Positions 29,206-40,140 of a stretch of 64,000 nucleotides of DNA are shown one piece after another. Position 1 is the stretch's first letter; each line of letters opens with the position of its first letter. The notes under the pieces were generated by a model. That model did no database searches. It saw only the letters and a program-made list of their open reading frames with translations, and was not told the origin of the DNA. The position numbers and the translations under genes are program-made. The stretch is from positions 1 to 64,000 of IMG/VR virus record IMGVR_UViG_3300037961_006532; one strand, given 5' to 3'. This stretch comes from an uncultured virus (IMG/VR IMGVR_UViG_3300037961_006532). Its lineage: Duplodnaviria; Heunggongvirae; Uroviricota; Caudoviricetes.

Positions 29206-29674
29206 ATGAGTAAAGTAAGTATAAAATTTGTTAAAACGCATGAAGATGCTAAGTTACCGACTAAAGCACATGATGGTGATAATTGTTTNNNNNNNNNNTG
29301 TAGAAGATACAATTATTTATGAAACTTGGGTATCTGAAACTAATGAAAATAGGGTAGATATTGGGTATGGTATAGTACCGGTTGGTATTAAAGTTGGATA
29401 TATTTCTGAAGGTTATGGTTTTGTTCTTAGACCTAAGTCTGGGTTAGGTTTTAAATGCGGGTTACAACCTCATCTTGGAGAGATTGATAATGGTTATAGG
29501 GGTGATTGTGGAGTAAAGATGTATAACTTTACAAGTACACCTTATGAGTTTAAAAAAGGTGATAAAGTAGCTCAGATTAAGATTGAAAAGATTTATGATA
29601 CTGAAATCGAATGGACTGATGAAGTAGAAGAAGCTCAAAGAGGCGATGCCGGGTTTGGATCATCAGGTAAATAA
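29206..29674 (+). CDS. dut: dUTPase (trimeric type); reading frame interrupted by the assembly gap
   Basis: Start MSKVSIKFVKTHEDAKLPTKAHDGD before the N run; then RPKSGLG, GEIDNGYRG, GDKVAQ, RGDAGFGSSG. Confidence 0.9.
29289..29298. other. Assembly gap (10 N)
   Basis: Run of n characters. Confidence 1.
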
Positions 29675-30197
29675 GATTGATATCGTTATAGGGTGTTATG
29701 GGGAAGAAGATCTACCAACATCTTTAAATGATAAACATACAACGGTTATTATTGAACCGTTAAAAGAAAATTGTATTAAATTACGAAAAAAATATGAAGT
29801 ACATAACTACTTTATATCCGACCAAAATGCTAATAAAAGATTATACTATTGTAAATCTATAGATAGTGGTTTAAAATTATTAAAAGAAGCATGGCAGGAT
29901 ATTGCTGATGATATTACAAACCATTCATTTAAAAAGTCAGAAACATTAAAATATATAGAATCAATAACCCCTGATATTTTTAAATTTGCAACTTTAAATT
30001 ATTTTTTAGATAGATATAGCTTTAAAGATAAAGAACTATACATACACATATCTAAAGATGTAGATTTAAGTAAAGTATTTTCCGGAAATGAATTTAAAGA
30101 TTACAATATAAAAGAAGTTTTTTATAATAATGAAAGTATGTTAAATTTTAAGTCAATAATGAATGTACTTTCAAAGGAACTATACTATAATAAATGA
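29646..30197 (+). CDS. Hypothetical protein, possibly a degenerate FkbM-like methyltransferase (start uncertain)
   Basis: IVIGC..IIEP..N..IS..LYY..TLN pattern loosely FkbM-like. Confidence 0.35.
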   Translation: MPGLDHQVNKIDIVIGCYGEEDLPTSLNDKHTTVIIEPLKENCIKLRKKYEVHNYFISDQNANKRLYYCKSIDSGLKLLKEAWQDIADDITNHSFKKSETLKYIESITPDIFKFATLNYFLDRYSFKDKELYIHISKDVDLSKVFSGNEFKDYNIKEVFYNNESMLNFKSIMNVLSKELYYNK

Positions 30198-30198
30198 G

Positions 30199-31113
30199 AT
30201 GTTTAATAACTTATACGTAGAAAAATATAGACCGACTAAATTAGAAGATTTAGTATTATCAGATAGTAATCGTAAATTCTTTGAGTCTGTAGAAGACGAA
30301 ATACCTAATCTTTTATTTGTTGGTACGCCTGGTTTAGGTAAAACTACTCTTGCAAGAATCTTAGTTAATGATGTATTGCAGTGTCAATACTTATATATTA
30401 ATGCATCTGATGAAAATGGGATAGATACTATACGCTCTAAGGTTGTCTCTTTTAGTCAGACTATGTCTCTTGATGGGAAACTAAAGGTGGTTATACTTGA
30501 CGAAGCTGATGGTATTACCATTGAAGGACAACGTGCTCTGCGTAATACAATGGAAGAGTATAGTAGTAGAACACGTTTTATTTTAACTGCTAATTATAAG
30601 CATAAGATAATCCCTGCTATTCAAAGCCGTACTCAATTCTTTGATTTAGTACCTCCGTTTGATGATGTAGTTAAACGTGCCGTTACTATTGTAAAGCAAG
30701 AAGGTATTAAGATAGAAGAAGATCAAAAGGTAAATTTTGTTAATGTAATAAAGCAAAATTATCCTGATATTCGTAAAGTTATTAATGATATTCAAAAAGC
30801 AACTATTAAAGGTAATTTTGCTATTGATCATAGTTTAGATAGTAAAGAGATAGTTGAAAAAATACATAATAATATTCAATCTAAAAAAGTAATAGAATTA
30901 CGTAAGTATTTGATTGAAAACGAAAATGAGTTTCAAGGTGATTATCATAACTTAATGAAGCAATACTTAAATTATGTTTATGATAGTAATATTGATGATA
31001 ATAAAAAACGTCAATACATAGTTACTATATCTGATCATATGTATAAAGATGTTTTTGTCTTAGATAAAGAAATTAATGCTTTTGCCTGTTGGGTTAATCT
31101 TGAAAAAATTTAA
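30199..31113 (+). CDS. Clamp loader ATPase subunit (gp44/RFC-like)
   Basis: VEKYRP, GTPGLGKTT, INASDENG, ILDEAD, QSR; start revised to MFNNLY. Confidence 0.9.
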   Translation: MFNNLYVEKYRPTKLEDLVLSDSNRKFFESVEDEIPNLLFVGTPGLGKTTLARILVNDVLQCQYLYINASDENGIDTIRSKVVSFSQTMSLDGKLKVVILDEADGITIEGQRALRNTMEEYSSRTRFILTANYKHKIIPAIQSRTQFFDLVPPFDDVVKRAVTIVKQEGIKIEEDQKVNFVNVIKQNYPDIRKVINDIQKATIKGNFAIDHSLDSKEIVEKIHNNIQSKKVIELRKYLIENENEFQGDYHNLMKQYLNYVYDSNIDDNKKRQYIVTISDHMYKDVFVLDKEINAFACWVNLEKI

Positions 31114-32042
31114 GATAACGTGCTGTTATCAATAATAGTAGACGAAAATATATTATTATTAAAAATATCTAAATAATTTTCCACATCTTCTACTTTAGCT
31201 TGCAATTGTAAGAAAGAAGTCTCAGTTCTTTGGTCCCTTAAATTTAAATTTTTATAGAATGATATTATTTTACCCATATCTCTCCCAAATTTAATTACTA
31301 TTTTAGATGTTTTTATATCTTTTAATTCTTCAAAAACACCTCTTGCAAATGCAACATCGGTAAATAGATTAGTTTCTGATATTCCTTGTAAATTCCATCT
31401 CATTAAACCATCAGTTTTAAGACCTAAAGTCTTAGCTAACGTTTCAGCTTGCTCACTTATTTTATTTCTTACGTTACCTGGTATATAAGTTGGAGGGCCA
31501 AATTCTTCAGTTTCATAAAAATAATCATCTCGTTGAGAATTAAAACAACTTTGTTTTGAACCTTGATCAAGAGTAAAACCTATATCTTCACTGAAATTTT
31601 GAAAAACGCTATCTTCACCAGTTTTTTTCAAAATAAACAACTTTAAAGAATCTTGTAAATTTTTAAAATCTTCAATATATTGGTATATAAAGCTATTACT
31701 TATAGCTTGCTCCGGCAATGGTTCAAATACAACACCATCTTCTGTATTAGTTTCTTCATTGCCTGGTAGATTTACTGATTCAAACTCTTGTTTTTCAGTT
31801 ACTGAATCAACTAATACAAATTTATTTTTACCATTTACTACATCTAATAAAGTATAAGCTTCAGTTAGATCTTTTAAAACATTATCAGAAGTTTTACCCT
31901 TTTCTATTAATAAATTGAATTGAATAACTCCTAATACGTCTTTGAATATATTCAGTAATTCTTTACTATTTTGATAAAATTCTAAATTACCATTAATAAT
32001 AGTATTTGCATATGCTGGTTTATTGTTTAAACTATATGGCAT
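31110..32042 (-). CDS. Hypothetical protein in baseplate operon
   Basis: Coupled to the upstream hub gene. Confidence 0.5.
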   Translation of the reverse strand: MPYSLNNKPAYANTIINGNLEFYQNSKELLNIFKDVLGVIQFNLLIEKGKTSDNVLKDLTEAYTLLDVVNGKNKFVLVDSVTEKQEFESVNLPGNEETNTEDGVVFEPLPEQAISNSFIYQYIEDFKNLQDSLKLFILKKTGEDSVFQNFSEDIGFTLDQGSKQSCFNSQRDDYFYETEEFGPPTYIPGNVRNKISEQAETLAKTLGLKTDGLMRWNLQGISETNLFTDVAFARGVFEELKDIKTSKIVIKFGRDMGKIISFYKNLNLRDQRTETSFLQLQAKVEDVENYLDIFNNNIFSSTIIDNSTLS

Positions 32043-33610
32043 TAGTTAAGTCCCTCCACATTTTTAATATTATCATTGAAATACGTTTTAACTGCGTAAA
32101 TTTTATTAGCATATTTGTTATCACCGTCGAATAAATGATCGCATTTAATAATAAAATACGTGCCTAAAAACTTACTATCAAAATCATTATTAGTATAATT
32201 ATTAGCTCTATCAATAGTTATAAATCTACCAGCTTTTCTTAGTAATTGACCTGGTACTGTTATATCTACTGCCAATCCAGTCATTAATAAATTCTTTAAT
32301 AGTTTGTTTTGACCTTTAGAAAATGCATTATTTTCATCCCCATATAGTGAATAAACATCTTCAAACGACTCATTTGTATCTAAACCGGGGCTTGATATAA
32401 AACTAGAATATGAGTTTTCACCAAAGACATCAACAAATATAGATTTATATTGTTTTCTTGCAGCTGTCATACTACTATTTCTTTTAAAGATATTAAACTC
32501 TTTGTTTTCATGATCATAGTTATGAACTATTTTAGTATTAAAAACTTCTTTCTTCTTTTCATACCATGGGTTAAAAAATTTAGCATCAATTATAACACTT
32601 TTATTATTGAATTCAGCTAAACCTGCTACTTTAACTTTTTTGCTATTTGTATCTTCTGATATACTTGATTCACCAGTAATGGTTAGTTTTTCAAGACCAT
32701 AAGGCCCAGCACCGCCATTAACTATTGCTTTTTTGAACATACTTTCTATACTTTCAAAAGTATATTTTCCAGTAAAATATTCTTTCTTTAAATAACTAAA
32801 AGTTTTATTTGCACCTTCACTAACATGAACATTAACCAAATAATTAATATCATCTAAACTAGTTTTTTTTGAGTCGGAAGTGTAGAAGATTTTATTTAAC
32901 CCTTTTTCAAAATTGTTAATAATTTTAATTCCTGTTTGGTCATAATCAATATTAAACAAATCTTTTTCTGATTTTTTTAAACCAACTGTTAAAATATCAT
33001 ATATACTTTCACCGGTATATGATGAACGTTCACTATTACTTTTAAAACTAGTTGGAATAGGTATTTCCCCTTCTTTTAGTGATTGTTTAGTATAAGAAGA
33101 GTTGTATTGTATTTTTCTTTCACTTAATTTTTTTCTATCATAATCTTCCAACTTAATATTTTTATAAGTTTGGCCGTCTACTATTAATGTTTCTTCATTA
33201 ACTACAGCAAATAAATTTTGAAAACTAAAAACTCTGTTATACTCGAAGTTTTCTTGAGTTAAAATTTCTGTTTTATTTTTGATATCTTTTATAGGTATTA
33301 TTTGAAGAAAAAATACATCTTTTCCATCTCCTCTAAAATTAAAACCTTTTATTTCATTAACTCCGCTACCCTGTTTAGTACGCTCAAAACTATTATCTGT
33401 ATCCATCATTAGTATTTCAGCATTAACAAATGGTTCGTGGATATTATCATTTATAGTTATACTTCTCAGATTTTGTTTAGTAATTGAAACTTTATCTCCA
33501 TTAGGATTAATAAAAATACCTCTTATAAAATATTCATCATTTTCAATTTTAAAGATAAAAGGCTTTACTTCGTTTTTTAGTAACGGGCTATTTTGAAAAT
33601 CTGGTCTCAT
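32042..33610 (-). CDS. Baseplate hub protein (gp27-like)
   Basis: C-terminal ITVPG..RKAGRFITI..FLGTYFIIKCDHLF; tail operon position. Confidence 0.55.
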   Translation of the reverse strand: MRPDFQNSPLLKNEVKPFIFKIENDEYFIRGIFINPNGDKVSITKQNLRSITINDNIHEPFVNAEILMMDTDNSFERTKQGSGVNEIKGFNFRGDGKDVFFLQIIPIKDIKNKTEILTQENFEYNRVFSFQNLFAVVNEETLIVDGQTYKNIKLEDYDRKKLSERKIQYNSSYTKQSLKEGEIPIPTSFKSNSERSSYTGESIYDILTVGLKKSEKDLFNIDYDQTGIKIINNFEKGLNKIFYTSDSKKTSLDDINYLVNVHVSEGANKTFSYLKKEYFTGKYTFESIESMFKKAIVNGGAGPYGLEKLTITGESSISEDTNSKKVKVAGLAEFNNKSVIIDAKFFNPWYEKKKEVFNTKIVHNYDHENKEFNIFKRNSSMTAARKQYKSIFVDVFGENSYSSFISSPGLDTNESFEDVYSLYGDENNAFSKGQNKLLKNLLMTGLAVDITVPGQLLRKAGRFITIDRANNYTNNDFDSKFLGTYFIIKCDHLFDGDNKYANKIYAVKTYFNDNIKNVEGLN

Positions 33611-33969
33611 AACTGTGATTGAATACTTTCAATTATAATAGGTACAAATTTAGGTTTTACAAACTTAATTTTTCTACCTGAAGGTATATCTTTTATAGGA
33701 TTTTGTATTTTATTTACTATTAATATGAGCCACCATAAATTTATAGTTCCATATATATCAAAAGATAAAGATGTTAAAGGTAAATTACTTGGTAAAACGA
33801 GAGTACTAAAAAATCTATCTTCTAATGTTGAAGGTATTTCTATTTTTTTAGCTATATTATAATAATAAAAATTTTTATCACCCGTTTGATAGACTTTAAA
33901 GATATTTTCATATCTATATTGATCTAAATCGTTTAATGCTAAAATACTTTTTTGATACTTTCCTTTCAT
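33607..33969 (-). CDS. Baseplate wedge protein (gp53-like)
   Basis: LSFDIYGTINLWWLILIVNKIQNP. Confidence 0.7.
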   Translation of the reverse strand: MKGKYQKSILALNDLDQYRYENIFKVYQTGDKNFYYYNIAKKIEIPSTLEDRFFSTLVLPSNLPLTSLSFDIYGTINLWWLILIVNKIQNPIKDIPSGRKIKFVKPKFVPIIIESIQSQL

Positions 33970-33973
33970 TATA

Positions 33974-35272
33974 TTAGACTATCCCTCCATTATAGACATT
34001 ATTATTATTGTTATTAGCTGGAGGTATAGTACTATCACCATCAACGCCACCAGCTGGTAATTTTTCGTTAACTTTTACTATCGGATTACCTAAGGACCTC
34101 ATCATAAAATTTCTACTTTCAGGATTTAATCCTTTAATGGTCATTTCAATCATATAAGCATCAGGTATAACTGTTTCTATTTGTCTTCTAGTATTAGGAA
34201 CTTCATCAGGGTCTTTCATACTGACCAATATTTCAGGTATATCAACAACCATTTTTCTTCTTGCTCCTAAAAAATCTATATTAATAGATTCCATATATGC
34301 ATACGGCATATATGATACTCCTTCCATAAAGACCTCATAAATACAAGGAACTTCAATTAAAGCTCTATTAACTCGCCCGTGTTTATTTTGATACACTAAA
34401 GCAAAAGCTAATTGCCAATTTCTTTTTATTTCTTCATAAGTACCAGTATTTAATAAAGGAAATTTGACTGTTAATGATCTACCATCATCACCTAAATTTA
34501 ACTGTTTACTTTGCTCTATATATGTTCCAGGTTTATCTAATGTGAATATATCCCCTACTTCTTGAACTACTTGTCTAATTTTATCGCCCATGCCGCCGGC
34601 AGCTCCCATACTAACTGACGCTTGTAAATAGTCATTATTTAAATAAGGTAAATTATATCTAAAACCGGTATCTTCAGTAAAATATAATCCTGCATAAGCT
34701 TCAACATATTTTTCACCTTCAAACTTAACAAAACCATTAGCTATTTCTTTAGCTTTTTTAGAAAAAGTACTTAAATTGCCACCTTGTTCTCTAGCAAAAT
34801 CACTTGCTTTACCTATTCCTTTAACCAAAGTATTAAATGGATTTTTCAAGTTATTATCATCGTTAGAGAAAAATTTATCTTCAGCAAAATCAGCTAAGTC
34901 TGAAGCTGTATCATAGATATTAAAAGTATCTTGACCTATTGCAAGATCACCAGATTCAACTCTAGAGCCTACTAAATCACCTACATCTGCTGCTGCTAAT
35001 AAAGTATAAAAAAAGTTAGCTAACGATGAATTATTAATTATACGTTTTTCAATAAGTTGAATTTCAGGTACATCTTCTCGTGATGATTTTGGACTTTTAG
35101 TCCAAGGGAAATCTTTAATAACATTTATACTATCATAGACTTTGTTAAGTTTATTTAAATTACCATAAACTTGACCATCAGTCTGCAAATCAAATGATAC
35201 ACCTCCTGATGATCTTGATAAAAAAGGAAGTCTATTATCTGTATCAAATATAAATTTGTATAGGTCCGACAT
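33974..35272 (-). CDS. Putative baseplate tail-tube cap (gp48-like)
   Basis: Tube-like beta pattern in the C-terminal half; position in the tail operon; late motif. Confidence 0.4.
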   Translation of the reverse strand: MSDLYKFIFDTDNRLPFLSRSSGGVSFDLQTDGQVYGNLNKLNKVYDSINVIKDFPWTKSPKSSREDVPEIQLIEKRIINNSSLANFFYTLLAAADVGDLVGSRVESGDLAIGQDTFNIYDTASDLADFAEDKFFSNDDNNLKNPFNTLVKGIGKASDFAREQGGNLSTFSKKAKEIANGFVKFEGEKYVEAYAGLYFTEDTGFRYNLPYLNNDYLQASVSMGAAGGMGDKIRQVVQEVGDIFTLDKPGTYIEQSKQLNLGDDGRSLTVKFPLLNTGTYEEIKRNWQLAFALVYQNKHGRVNRALIEVPCIYEVFMEGVSYMPYAYMESINIDFLGARRKMVVDIPEILVSMKDPDEVPNTRRQIETVIPDAYMIEMTIKGLNPESRNFMMRSLGNPIVKVNEKLPAGGVDGDSTIPPANNNNNNVYNGGIV

Positions 35273-35298
35273 ATATAATTATTTATGTCGAAAAAAAT

Positions 35299-35988
35299 CT
35301 ACAGAACAAAAAGTTCAGGTCCTATATCTACTTGTTGATCATCTATTGTAACCATAGATTTTTCAAAATCTCTAACTTCTGAAATATAATCATATATATC
35401 TTTTAAGTTATTTGATTCTAAACTTTCAACAATTTCAAAAGCTTCTTTAACAGATATATCTTTAAAAACAACTACTTTATCAGTATCTTTAATAACAATT
35501 TGTTTAATAAATTTAACTACTTCATTAACGTATAACTTACCGATTAATTGTTTTTCATCTTTAAATTTTTTCAAAAGATAATCATTTACTGTAATATCTC
35601 TATCTAAAGTAGGTACTGAAACGTTAAATATAAACTCTTTAGTTTCAAATTCTTTTTTATATTCAATACTTTCTAATTTTTCGTTAGCATTAATTACTTT
35701 ATCAAGAAATATACCATTATAGTTATTGCTAATATTTTGTCTTAAACTTAATAAGATATTAGGTCTATCAGTTACTAAAATACTACGACTATCTTCAGTA
35801 TTTTCTTTTATAATATTAGATGCATTATTAAAAAAATCTATAATGGCAATAGCTGAAGCTTGAATATTATCTAAAATTTGTTTTTGTTGTTTTAGAGTAA
35901 GAGGTCTAAATGATTTTTTACTATGATTTGATGGTATGTATATATCAATATAATTTTTTATATTTTTAAAATCGTCTACTATGCTCAT
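35299..35988 (-). CDS. Baseplate hub assembly protein (gp26-like)
   Basis: IYIPS..KKSFRPLTLKQQKQIL N-terminal signature. Confidence 0.6.
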   Translation of the reverse strand: MSIVDDFKNIKNYIDIYIPSNHSKKSFRPLTLKQQKQILDNIQASAIAIIDFFNNASNIIKENTEDSRSILVTDRPNILLSLRQNISNNYNGIFLDKVINANEKLESIEYKKEFETKEFIFNVSVPTLDRDITVNDYLLKKFKDEKQLIGKLYVNEVVKFIKQIVIKDTDKVVVFKDISVKEAFEIVESLESNNLKDIYDYISEVRDFEKSMVTIDDQQVDIGPELFVL

Positions 35989-36003
35989 ACAATTATTTAC
36001 GAT

Positions 36004-36762
36004 TTAGTTTTGTTTTCTCAACTTCTCATACCTTTCATTTTCTTTTTTTACATCTTCATTATGGTAGTTAAGTAAAATTCTGCTTTCAGGTAAACTCATA
36101 TTATCGAAATCACTACTGGTAAAATTTAAATTTTTTCTACATATATACTCAAGTTTATATAAATCTAATAAATTAGTATCAAACATTGCTTTTATTAAAC
36201 CTAAACTATTTCCTAGATAAATTTTAGCTTCTAAAAATTTATATTCTATAAATTTACTGTAAAACGTGGTATATATTTTTTCATATAACTCATTAAACTC
36301 TAAAGCAGGTAAAAGATTAACTATATCGTCTATATCTAAATCTTTAATATCTTTTTCATTAATTTTAGTTAAACTTCTTGCTATAAATTCTAATTTATTT
36401 AATTTTAAATCTTTAAAATCTTTTACAAAACCAAAATTATAAATATAACCGTTTTTTTCTATTTTTAAATTTTCATGTTCAGTTTCGAATACTTCTAAGA
36501 TTTCATTTATATCAATAGCGTATTGTTTCTTTTCTAATTCTAATTCAAATTTATTACCTAATACTAAACCTCTTAGATTTAACAATAATAAAAATTTTTC
36601 TAGTACGTTAGTGCTTTGATTCTTGACATGTTGATTAAGAAAATTTTCAAATACTTCATCTTCATCTGTACTTTGAAGTTGTTTAACTAGATTTTTATAA
36701 TCGTTAAATGATGGTTCTATAATAGTAAATTTTTTATTTAATATAGGTATATCAATTTTCAT
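36004..36762 (-). CDS. Baseplate hub assembly protein (gp26-like N-terminus, gp51-like C-terminus)
   Basis: IDIPILNKKF N-terminus; LYKLEY..LNFTSSDFDNMSLPESRILL C-terminus. Confidence 0.5.
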   Translation of the reverse strand: MKIDIPILNKKFTIIEPSFNDYKNLVKQLQSTDEDEVFENFLNQHVKNQSTNVLEKFLLLLNLRGLVLGNKFELELEKKQYAIDINEILEVFETEHENLKIEKNGYIYNFGFVKDFKDLKLNKLEFIARSLTKINEKDIKDLDIDDIVNLLPALEFNELYEKIYTTFYSKFIEYKFLEAKIYLGNSLGLIKAMFDTNLLDLYKLEYICRKNLNFTSSDFDNMSLPESRILLNYHNEDVKKENERYEKLRKQN

Positions 36763-36763
36763 A

Positions 36764-38677
36764 TTAAGCATATCCTAATGCGTTAGCCTGTATATCTCTT
36801 ATTGATGACCGACTTACATTAGATTCAACTGCTCCAGGATTACTACCTAATGGATTAAATGAAATAGTACCTAAAGCATTAATTATACCTTGATTACCGT
36901 TACTATTATCTACTAAAATTTTATTTAGTATAGTATTAGTTTCATCTGCTTTATTAGATAAAGATTGTAATGATGCATTATTAGCTTCTTGCAATGCCAT
37001 TGCTTTATCATCCATTGTAATAGATATTTCTGGAACGCTTTCAGCTATCTTTTGTATATTGTTAGCTGCTATACTTGATGCTTCTGCAAATTCATCAGTT
37101 GCTAATCCCATTTCTACTTCTAAACTCGTTGAAAATGGTATTTTTGCTTCACCACCGAATAATGCAATTTTCATTAATTGAGAAGCTTTAACTATTTTAG
37201 TTGCAGTCATAAAAAATTTATCACCGAATTTATCTAAACCTGAATCTTCAGTACTTAAATTAGTAAAATAATTTAAACCATCTACTATTTTTTTAATTCC
37301 ATCGCCTGCGGTCCCTAAAACTTCACTTCTTGCAGCGATATCATACATAAACTGTAATGGATCTTCATCTTTTTTACCTCTAAAGAAATTTACTACATCA
37401 GTTAAAGCACCTAATACTGCATTACTTAAACCACCTAAACCTGAAACTCCTAATGCTGCTGCAACTGCAGTAGCTGCTGTTGTAATTTTACCGAAATCTG
37501 CCATACTATATTTAGCTACTTTATCAGCCATTGAACCGAAACCTGAAGCTATATTAACCATTAGATCTCTCAATGATGATCCCGGTGAACTATCACCAGC
37601 CATCATATCTAAGATTTTATCCATAGCTCCTAGACCTACAAAGAACCCACCTAATGCAGCTCCTATTGCTGTCATACCTAAAGCTGCGGCCCCAGCAACT
37701 GCTAAACCACCTGGAACTGCTCCGAATATAGCACCTGCAGCCATAAGACCACCCAATGCAGCTAATCCTGCGCCAGAAAAGGCACCTAAACCTTCAGCTA
37801 TATTTTGCATTAAAGTTGAAATTGCTTTACCGGGTTCAGATTCACCCATCATTAAATCCATTAGTTTATCACCTGCTCCTATGCCGAGTATAAATCCACC
37901 AATACCAGCTCCTATTGCAGTCATGCCTAAAGCTGCTCCTTGAACTGATAGCCCAGGTATATTACCAAATAACGCACCAGCCCCTAATAAAGACCCTAAT
38001 GCTATCATAGAAGAATTATCAAAAGCTCCTAAACCAGTAGCTAGATTACTCATTAACGTTGCAATACTAGCACCTGGATCTGACTCCCCTAACATAGATA
38101 TAAGTTTATCCGAACCAGCTAAACCTAGCATAAATCCTGCTAAACCGACACCTATACCTGCTATTCCTGTAGCTAATTTAACACCTCTTTTTATACCAAA
38201 TCCTCCACCGGGTAACATACCGAATAAAGCTCCAGCTCCTAATAAAGCTCCTAAAGGTACTAAAGCAGGTCCAGCAAATGATCCTAAACCTTCAGCTAAA
38301 TTTTTCATTAATGAAGCAAGACTTTCACCTCCACCTAATGCACCTATAGCTTTATCTGCTGCACTGAATACTACAGCTAACCCAGCTATACCTACACCTA
38401 AACCTAATATCATTCCCAATGCTGACCCAAGTCCTTTACTTTTACCAGATGTACTAGCTTCTGCACTAGGAGCTACCCTTGCTCCGGATATAGATTTTAA
38501 TTTTTCTAAAGCAGGCTTATCAAAGTCTTGAACTACTACTTTTTCAGGACCAGTTTTGAATTGAAATGCATCCTTTTTACCTCCCTCTCCACCTTTCATA
38601 CTTGATGCTTTGGTTAAAGTTGCTAAAACACTTGCATTTAATTTAGTTAAAGCTTCTAATTGTTTACCTACGTCCAT
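36764..38677 (-). CDS. Tape measure protein
   Basis: 637 aa, Gly/Ala-rich hydrophobic repeats, between tube and hub genes. Confidence 0.65.
   Translation of the reverse strand: MDVGKQLEALTKLNASVLATLTKASSMKGGEGGKKDAFQFKTGPEKVVVQDFDKPALEKLKSISGARVAPSAEASTSGKSKGLGSALGMILGLGVGIAGLAVVFSAADKAIGALGGGESLASLMKNLAEGLGSFAGPALVPLGALLGAGALFGMLPGGGFGIKRGVKLATGIAGIGVGLAGFMLGLAGSDKLISMLGESDPGASIATLMSNLATGLGAFDNSSMIALGSLLGAGALFGNIPGLSVQGAALGMTAIGAGIGGFILGIGAGDKLMDLMMGESEPGKAISTLMQNIAEGLGAFSGAGLAALGGLMAAGAIFGAVPGGLAVAGAAALGMTAIGAALGGFFVGLGAMDKILDMMAGDSSPGSSLRDLMVNIASGFGSMADKVAKYSMADFGKITTAATAVAAALGVSGLGGLSNAVLGALTDVVNFFRGKKDEDPLQFMYDIAARSEVLGTAGDGIKKIVDGLNYFTNLSTEDSGLDKFGDKFFMTATKIVKASQLMKIALFGGEAKIPFSTSLEVEMGLATDEFAEASSIAANNIQKIAESVPEISITMDDKAMALQEANNASLQSLSNKADETNTILNKILVDNSNGNQGIINALGTISFNPLGSNPGAVESNVSRSSIRDIQANALGYA
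37530..38320 (-). repeat. Approx. 75-85-aa degenerate repeats in the tape measure protein
   Basis: SLASLMKNLAEGLGSF / SIATLMSNLATGLGAF / AISTLMQNIAEGLGAF / SLRDLMVNIASGFGSM. Confidence 0.7.
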
Positions 38678-38680
38678 TTA

Positions 38681-39517
38681 TTAAAATCCAAAGGGGTTAA
38701 TACTCTTAATTAATTGCTCAACTGATAGATATAAGTTATTAGAAACTTCATATTTATCATAACAAAAACCGACATTAAAATTTTTAGCTGATTCATCATC
38801 ACCATGATCATAAGTTCTACTATCTAAACTAGTAGGTATACAATTGTAGAATCTCCATGTTTTTCTAGGTATCTGAGATAATCCTTTATCTGATCTTGTG
38901 TATTGTAATATAGTTATATTACATTTCATATCTTTTCTAGCTTCAACTGGATCATCAAAGTTTCTAGCTACATAACCATAATGTGATGCTGCTATTAACC
39001 AAGGTCTCATAATTACGTCAGTAAATGATGTATTGGTCTCTCTAAAGAATACTTGTAATTGATTTCCGGAAAAACCTGCTCTATTTTCTAGTATAGTCCC
39101 GGGTATAAATCCTCTATTATTATCGATAGTTGCTTCTGAAACACCTAATGATTCACTACCTACTTGAAATCCATTGGCAAAGATACAACCAACAAATAAT
39201 TGGTTTTTAGCTTGTGTTAATAACGATGCAGCTATGTCTATATCAAAACCATTATTCTGAATAGGCTCTAATCTACGCATTGTTTCGGTAGTTAGTGCAG
39301 GTGGGTATCTATCTATTAAAATTATAAATTGAGTATTTAAAGGTATAGAGTTAGTCCATTGATTAAAATTATCTAAAAAATAATCTCTAAAACTAATTAA
39401 TGGAGCAAAAGGAATATTAGCTCCGATAATATCTAAACTTGGAGCAGCAGCTAATCCTCCACCTAGAGAGTTAAAGCTACGTATTGCATTATTTATACCA
39501 TTTAAAAACTTAGCCAT
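38681..39517 (-). CDS. Tail tube-like baseplate junction protein (gp54-like)
   Basis: F.ETN..RPW..ITILQY..WRFYNCIPTS..VGFCYD tube-fold pattern. Confidence 0.55.
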   Translation of the reverse strand: MAKFLNGINNAIRSFNSLGGGLAAAPSLDIIGANIPFAPLISFRDYFLDNFNQWTNSIPLNTQFIILIDRYPPALTTETMRRLEPIQNNGFDIDIAASLLTQAKNQLFVGCIFANGFQVGSESLGVSEATIDNNRGFIPGTILENRAGFSGNQLQVFFRETNTSFTDVIMRPWLIAASHYGYVARNFDDPVEARKDMKCNITILQYTRSDKGLSQIPRKTWRFYNCIPTSLDSRTYDHGDDESAKNFNVGFCYDKYEVSNNLYLSVEQLIKSINPFGF

Positions 39518-39555
39518 CGTATTATTAATATTTAATACGAATTAACTATTTAGAT

Positions 39556-40101
39556 TTACGCTGTTTGTCTAAAGAAGTGATACGATACTGTTACATCGAA
39601 TTCTGCTATTGCACCATCACCTGTGACATCATATTGAATATCACCAACGCTTGTAGGAGCTATACCTACTAATTGGAATTGACTTACTCTATTTAACTCT
39701 TTATCCAATAAAGCTAAGTCTAAAACTGAATTTTGATTAGGAATAAAATAGTTACCAGTTGAATCTGAATCATCAAAGGTATCATTCATTACCTGTAAAA
39801 ATCTATTTCTTAAATCATAATTTTCATCACATCTAAATCTTAATGTATAACCTGAACCACCTGGGTATTTAACAACACCAGGTACTCTAAATTCTAATCC
39901 CATATAGGGTACTGAATTAGAAGTTATTTCTTTATTAGGTAAAGATGCTGTTGTTGCATAAACTAAATCATCTTCATTAAATGAAACATCTGAACCATCT
40001 CCGAAATCGATATTTAAAACTCTGAAAAGATTAAGCCTTGCAAAGTCTTTTTGCTGGCTCTGCGTATAAAAATTCTGAATTGTTTGTCTAGTCTGTGCCA
40101 T
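39556..40101 (-). CDS. Tail tube protein (gp19-like)
   Basis: ARLNLFRV, TASLP, VPYMG..VPG, PTSVGDIQYD, EFDVTVSYHF. Confidence 0.8.
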   Translation of the reverse strand: MAQTRQTIQNFYTQSQQKDFARLNLFRVLNIDFGDGSDVSFNEDDLVYATTASLPNKEITSNSVPYMGLEFRVPGVVKYPGGSGYTLRFRCDENYDLRNRFLQVMNDTFDDSDSTGNYFIPNQNSVLDLALLDKELNRVSQFQLVGIAPTSVGDIQYDVTGDGAIAEFDVTVSYHFFRQTA

Positions 40102-40140
40102 ACTATAATTATTTATGCATTCTTAGTTATTTTAGTTTAA

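Noticed and set aside
29206..29674. dUTPase frameshift or pseudogene
   Set aside because: The frame change coincides with the 10-N assembly gap; motifs on both sides are intact
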